64,000 nt of DNA from Pristiophorus japonicus (lineage: Eukaryota): contig NC_091990.1 of the NCBI RefSeq assembly GCF_044704955.1, positions 14,446,001 to 14,510,000 of the forward strand, read 5' to 3'. Under the pieces are notes generated by a model that searched no databases, was not told the DNA's origin, and saw only the letters and a program-made list of their open reading frames with translations. Numbering within the stretch: the first letter of the stretch is position 1; the number at the start of each line of letters is the position of its first letter. Below, piece after piece: positions 61,206 to 64,000 of the stretch. The position numbers and the translations under genes were made by a program.

Positions 61206-62411
61206 GGGCCCAAGCTTCCCCAGGAGTTGCTCCGTTTTTTTTGGAGCAACTAGATTTTTTTGGAGTAACTTAAAAATCGCAATTCTCCCCATTTAATTTG
61301 CTCCAGTATAGGTGAGTTAGTTGGTTATTTTTTTAAGTTTAGTTTTTTTTCAAAAGGGGGCATTACCAGCCACTTACGCCTGTTTTGGCCATTTAAGCGA
61401 GTTTAGCCAGCTAAAAGTTACTCCAAACTAACAGGTCAGCGTATGTGTCCACTCAGAAAAACCTTGAGGTGAATTAAGAAATCAGCGTAGATAGCCAGAG
61501 ATAGGGGAGGGAAGGAAAGTGTGGTGTAGTAGCAATCTTAGCCAAAACGGATCCTAGAAACTGCTATTTTTGCATGTGATTGAACAAGTGTTCCTTTTAC
61601 CAAAGAGTTACATTAACTAGTTTGTATATTAAACTGAGACACGGGGCTGGGGGGTGGGGGGAGGCGGGGAAAAGAGACATGGGACGGGAAGGCAGCGGCC
61701 AGCCACTTGGCCTGGGATAGGGGCGGCAAGCAACTTTTACAAGGGTAAACAACAAATTAATAGCGTATAGATGGTGACCTTTTATTTTTTTCCTTTGAAG
61801 AAGAGGTTAACATATCAACAGTAGATTATATTACTGTTACATGTTCACATATTATTCAATCAATTCACTTGTTAATTCTGAAATGAAGTGTGATGTGATG
61901 CTCTGTTGCTTTTGAAAGATAGAAGAAAGTTCCTGTAGAGGCATAGAATAAATCCAGGAGCAATTTACAGAAAGCTTTCTGTTCATTATCCTGAGCTCGC
62001 TATCAGAAACGTATCTAGAAATCAGAGCCACTGGGTGTGATCTAAATTAAAAAGGCCAAAGTAGAAAAGACCTAAAAACGTCAAACACGAAACTCATATC
62101 TCCATAGTGGGGCAGCTCATATACTCATGAAATCTGTTTAACAGTGGCAGACCATTTGGCCCGGGATAGGGACTGTGAGCATCGGGATGTGCTGGGAGGG
62201 CGAGGAGCTACTGCGCATTGCGCAGACTCCACTGCTCATGTGCACAGCTGCTGGCACTGTTTTCGGCGCAGGGCTGTAGCTCTGCCCCCCACTCAAACAA
62301 ACGCCGCACCAGGACCAAGGAGACACAGAAGAGCTGCCAGAATACGCAGTAAGTTTTTTGGCGCATCTCATGTTAGTGCGCCGGAAAAAGGGGTTGGGAA
62401 AATTTGGGCCC
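61206..62411. mobile_element. Older Harbinger-like element related to 54809-56414, opposite orientation
   Basis: TIRs GGGCCCAAGCTT / AAATTTGGGCCC; AGTTGCTCC..TTTTTGGAGCAACT matches the reverse of 56370-56395; CACTGTTTTCGGCGCAGGG matches the reverse of 54978-54996. Confidence 0.75.
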
Positions 62412-62835
62412 ACTGTACTGTTCCTGCAGTGAAAAACACTTAACTATGGGGGCAGTTTTTTTTTTTTTTTAAATGCCTTTGTTTTCCACCCAACATGCTC
62501 TGCAGGTCGATGTCGTGAATTTGCTCAGCCAGCTATTTTCTGTGCAGACAAGAAGAGTAGGCCAAAGAGACAAAAAAAAGAAACAGGCTGGTGTTTGACC
62601 TTGGTGACTGATGTCAACACTAAAAAAAATCCCAAGCAAATTCCTAGTAAAACATTTGCTTCCTGTAAAGTAATGTGGCATTCTCTGCCAGTGACTGGAA
62701 ATGCATCCATTTTGTTTGGAAGATATGATGAGTGGACTAGTTTTTGTTTTTACACACTGGGTTGTTTTCTGGAGTTTCCCTGCAGCCTGAGTGTTGGCCC
62801 TAAGCCCAAATCTCAGCCTCAATTTGTATTCAAAC

Positions 62836-63082
62836 TAGGGTTGCCAAACACTCCAGGATTGCCCTGGAGTTTCCAGGACAAGATTAATCTCCCAGGCACT
62901 GCTGCAAGCAAACCCGGGAGAAAAATCTTAGACACTTATTTTTTTTTCCAGTTCTTTCCTATTAGTTATCAAAATGTTGGAGATGGGGGAAAAAAGGCTA
63001 TTTGACTAGGCAGGGCAATTGGAAGCGGGAGGTCATGTGATGAAACCTCCAGGAATATGCCCAACCAGAGTTGGCGACCCAA
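62836..63082 (+). mobile_element. hAT Blackjack-like MITE
   Basis: TAGGGTTGCCA...TTGGCGACCCAA; TSD ATTCAAAC/AATCAAAC (7/8). Confidence 0.88.
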
Positions 63083-64000
63083 AATCAAACTCAACTGGTC
63101 AAGTCTCATCAGCTACTGGACGGATGACTTAGAGTTAGTGGAATACACAACAAGTGTGGGAAGGGGGCAGGGGAAAGAGGGGAAAAGGTGTATTCAACTT
63201 TTATAATTCATGCACCACCCTGACATGCTGGCAATGAAGAAACTCATTTACCTTGACCTCTCCCTTAGTGAAGGCAGAGCAGCGATAACATGGCTCAAGA
63301 ATTTCTATTTACATTCCCAAAAAGAATATAAATGATCTGTAGACAGTATTATAATAAAATGTACCCTTCTCAAACGCATGGGTTGAATGGCAGGTTGGGG
63401 TGGGGGGTTGATACTAGAAGGGAGTTACTAAAACTGCTGTAGATCAAAGGAAAAGGGAAGCTTTAAGGCTGAGCAAAAAGTATCCAGCGTGGCACATCAA
63501 ACATTGATTCAAAGCAAAGCGTCACACTGCAAAGATACAACAAACATGTTTGCACTGAAACACACCAAAGAGGCAAATGACTTTGATTGCAATATATTTG
63601 AGGGGACAGGCATGAAATATCACCACTGTGAAAGATATTGCTTTAATAGAAAATCCACCAGCCACACAAAGATGAAATAGTTTCAAATGCCACACTCTGC
63701 TTTTCACACCTTCGCCATGTCCCGAATCTGGATCTTGGCTTCTCAATTTTAAGAGAGGCTGACATTGTGAGTATAATCATTATTATTGAGCAGAATTTTT
63801 TTTTCTTCTTAAAAACCATCTCAAATTTTCCAACTGATTTTCTCCTCTTACTCCTTTAATGATGCTGAGGTTCCATGTTTCCATTCCAAACCTCAGGCAC
63901 CTCAGCCAAAGTCGTTGTTCGTTTTCTCGTGCATTTGTGCTCGTGTGAGCAGAGTCATAGGGAATCAGGGGCTATTTTAGCAGAGATCACTGGGTTAGGA

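Overview
This is eukaryotic (vertebrate) genomic DNA made mostly of transposable elements. The repeat set is CR1 LINEs with an esterase-type ORF1, L2, RTE, Tx1, Deu-domain SINEs, a tRNA-derived AmnSINE2-like SINE, and hAT/Harbinger/Tigger-type MITEs; from family recognition I infer a cartilaginous fish (shark). Almost every long ORF in the track is a LINE reverse transcriptase or endonuclease fragment, or the antisense shadow of one. I could not identify a host gene by name; a few low-confidence candidate exons are listed. The most striking structure is at 31614-33108: a solo LTR (5-bp TSD AAATC) in a Deu-SINE tail carries three different Tx1 3' fragments. All three are cut at the same 5' nucleotide and are separated by four copies of one 15-bp sequence (CTCAACAGCTCTACA), suggesting a site-specific Tx1 retroposon that repeatedly targets this LTR family. 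Other notable items are a bipartite non-autonomous RTE family, a minisatellite grown from a SINE tail hairpin, nested insertions, a head-to-head CR1 pair and small inversions. Family names come from my recognition of motifs, not database searches, and boundaries of old elements are approximate.
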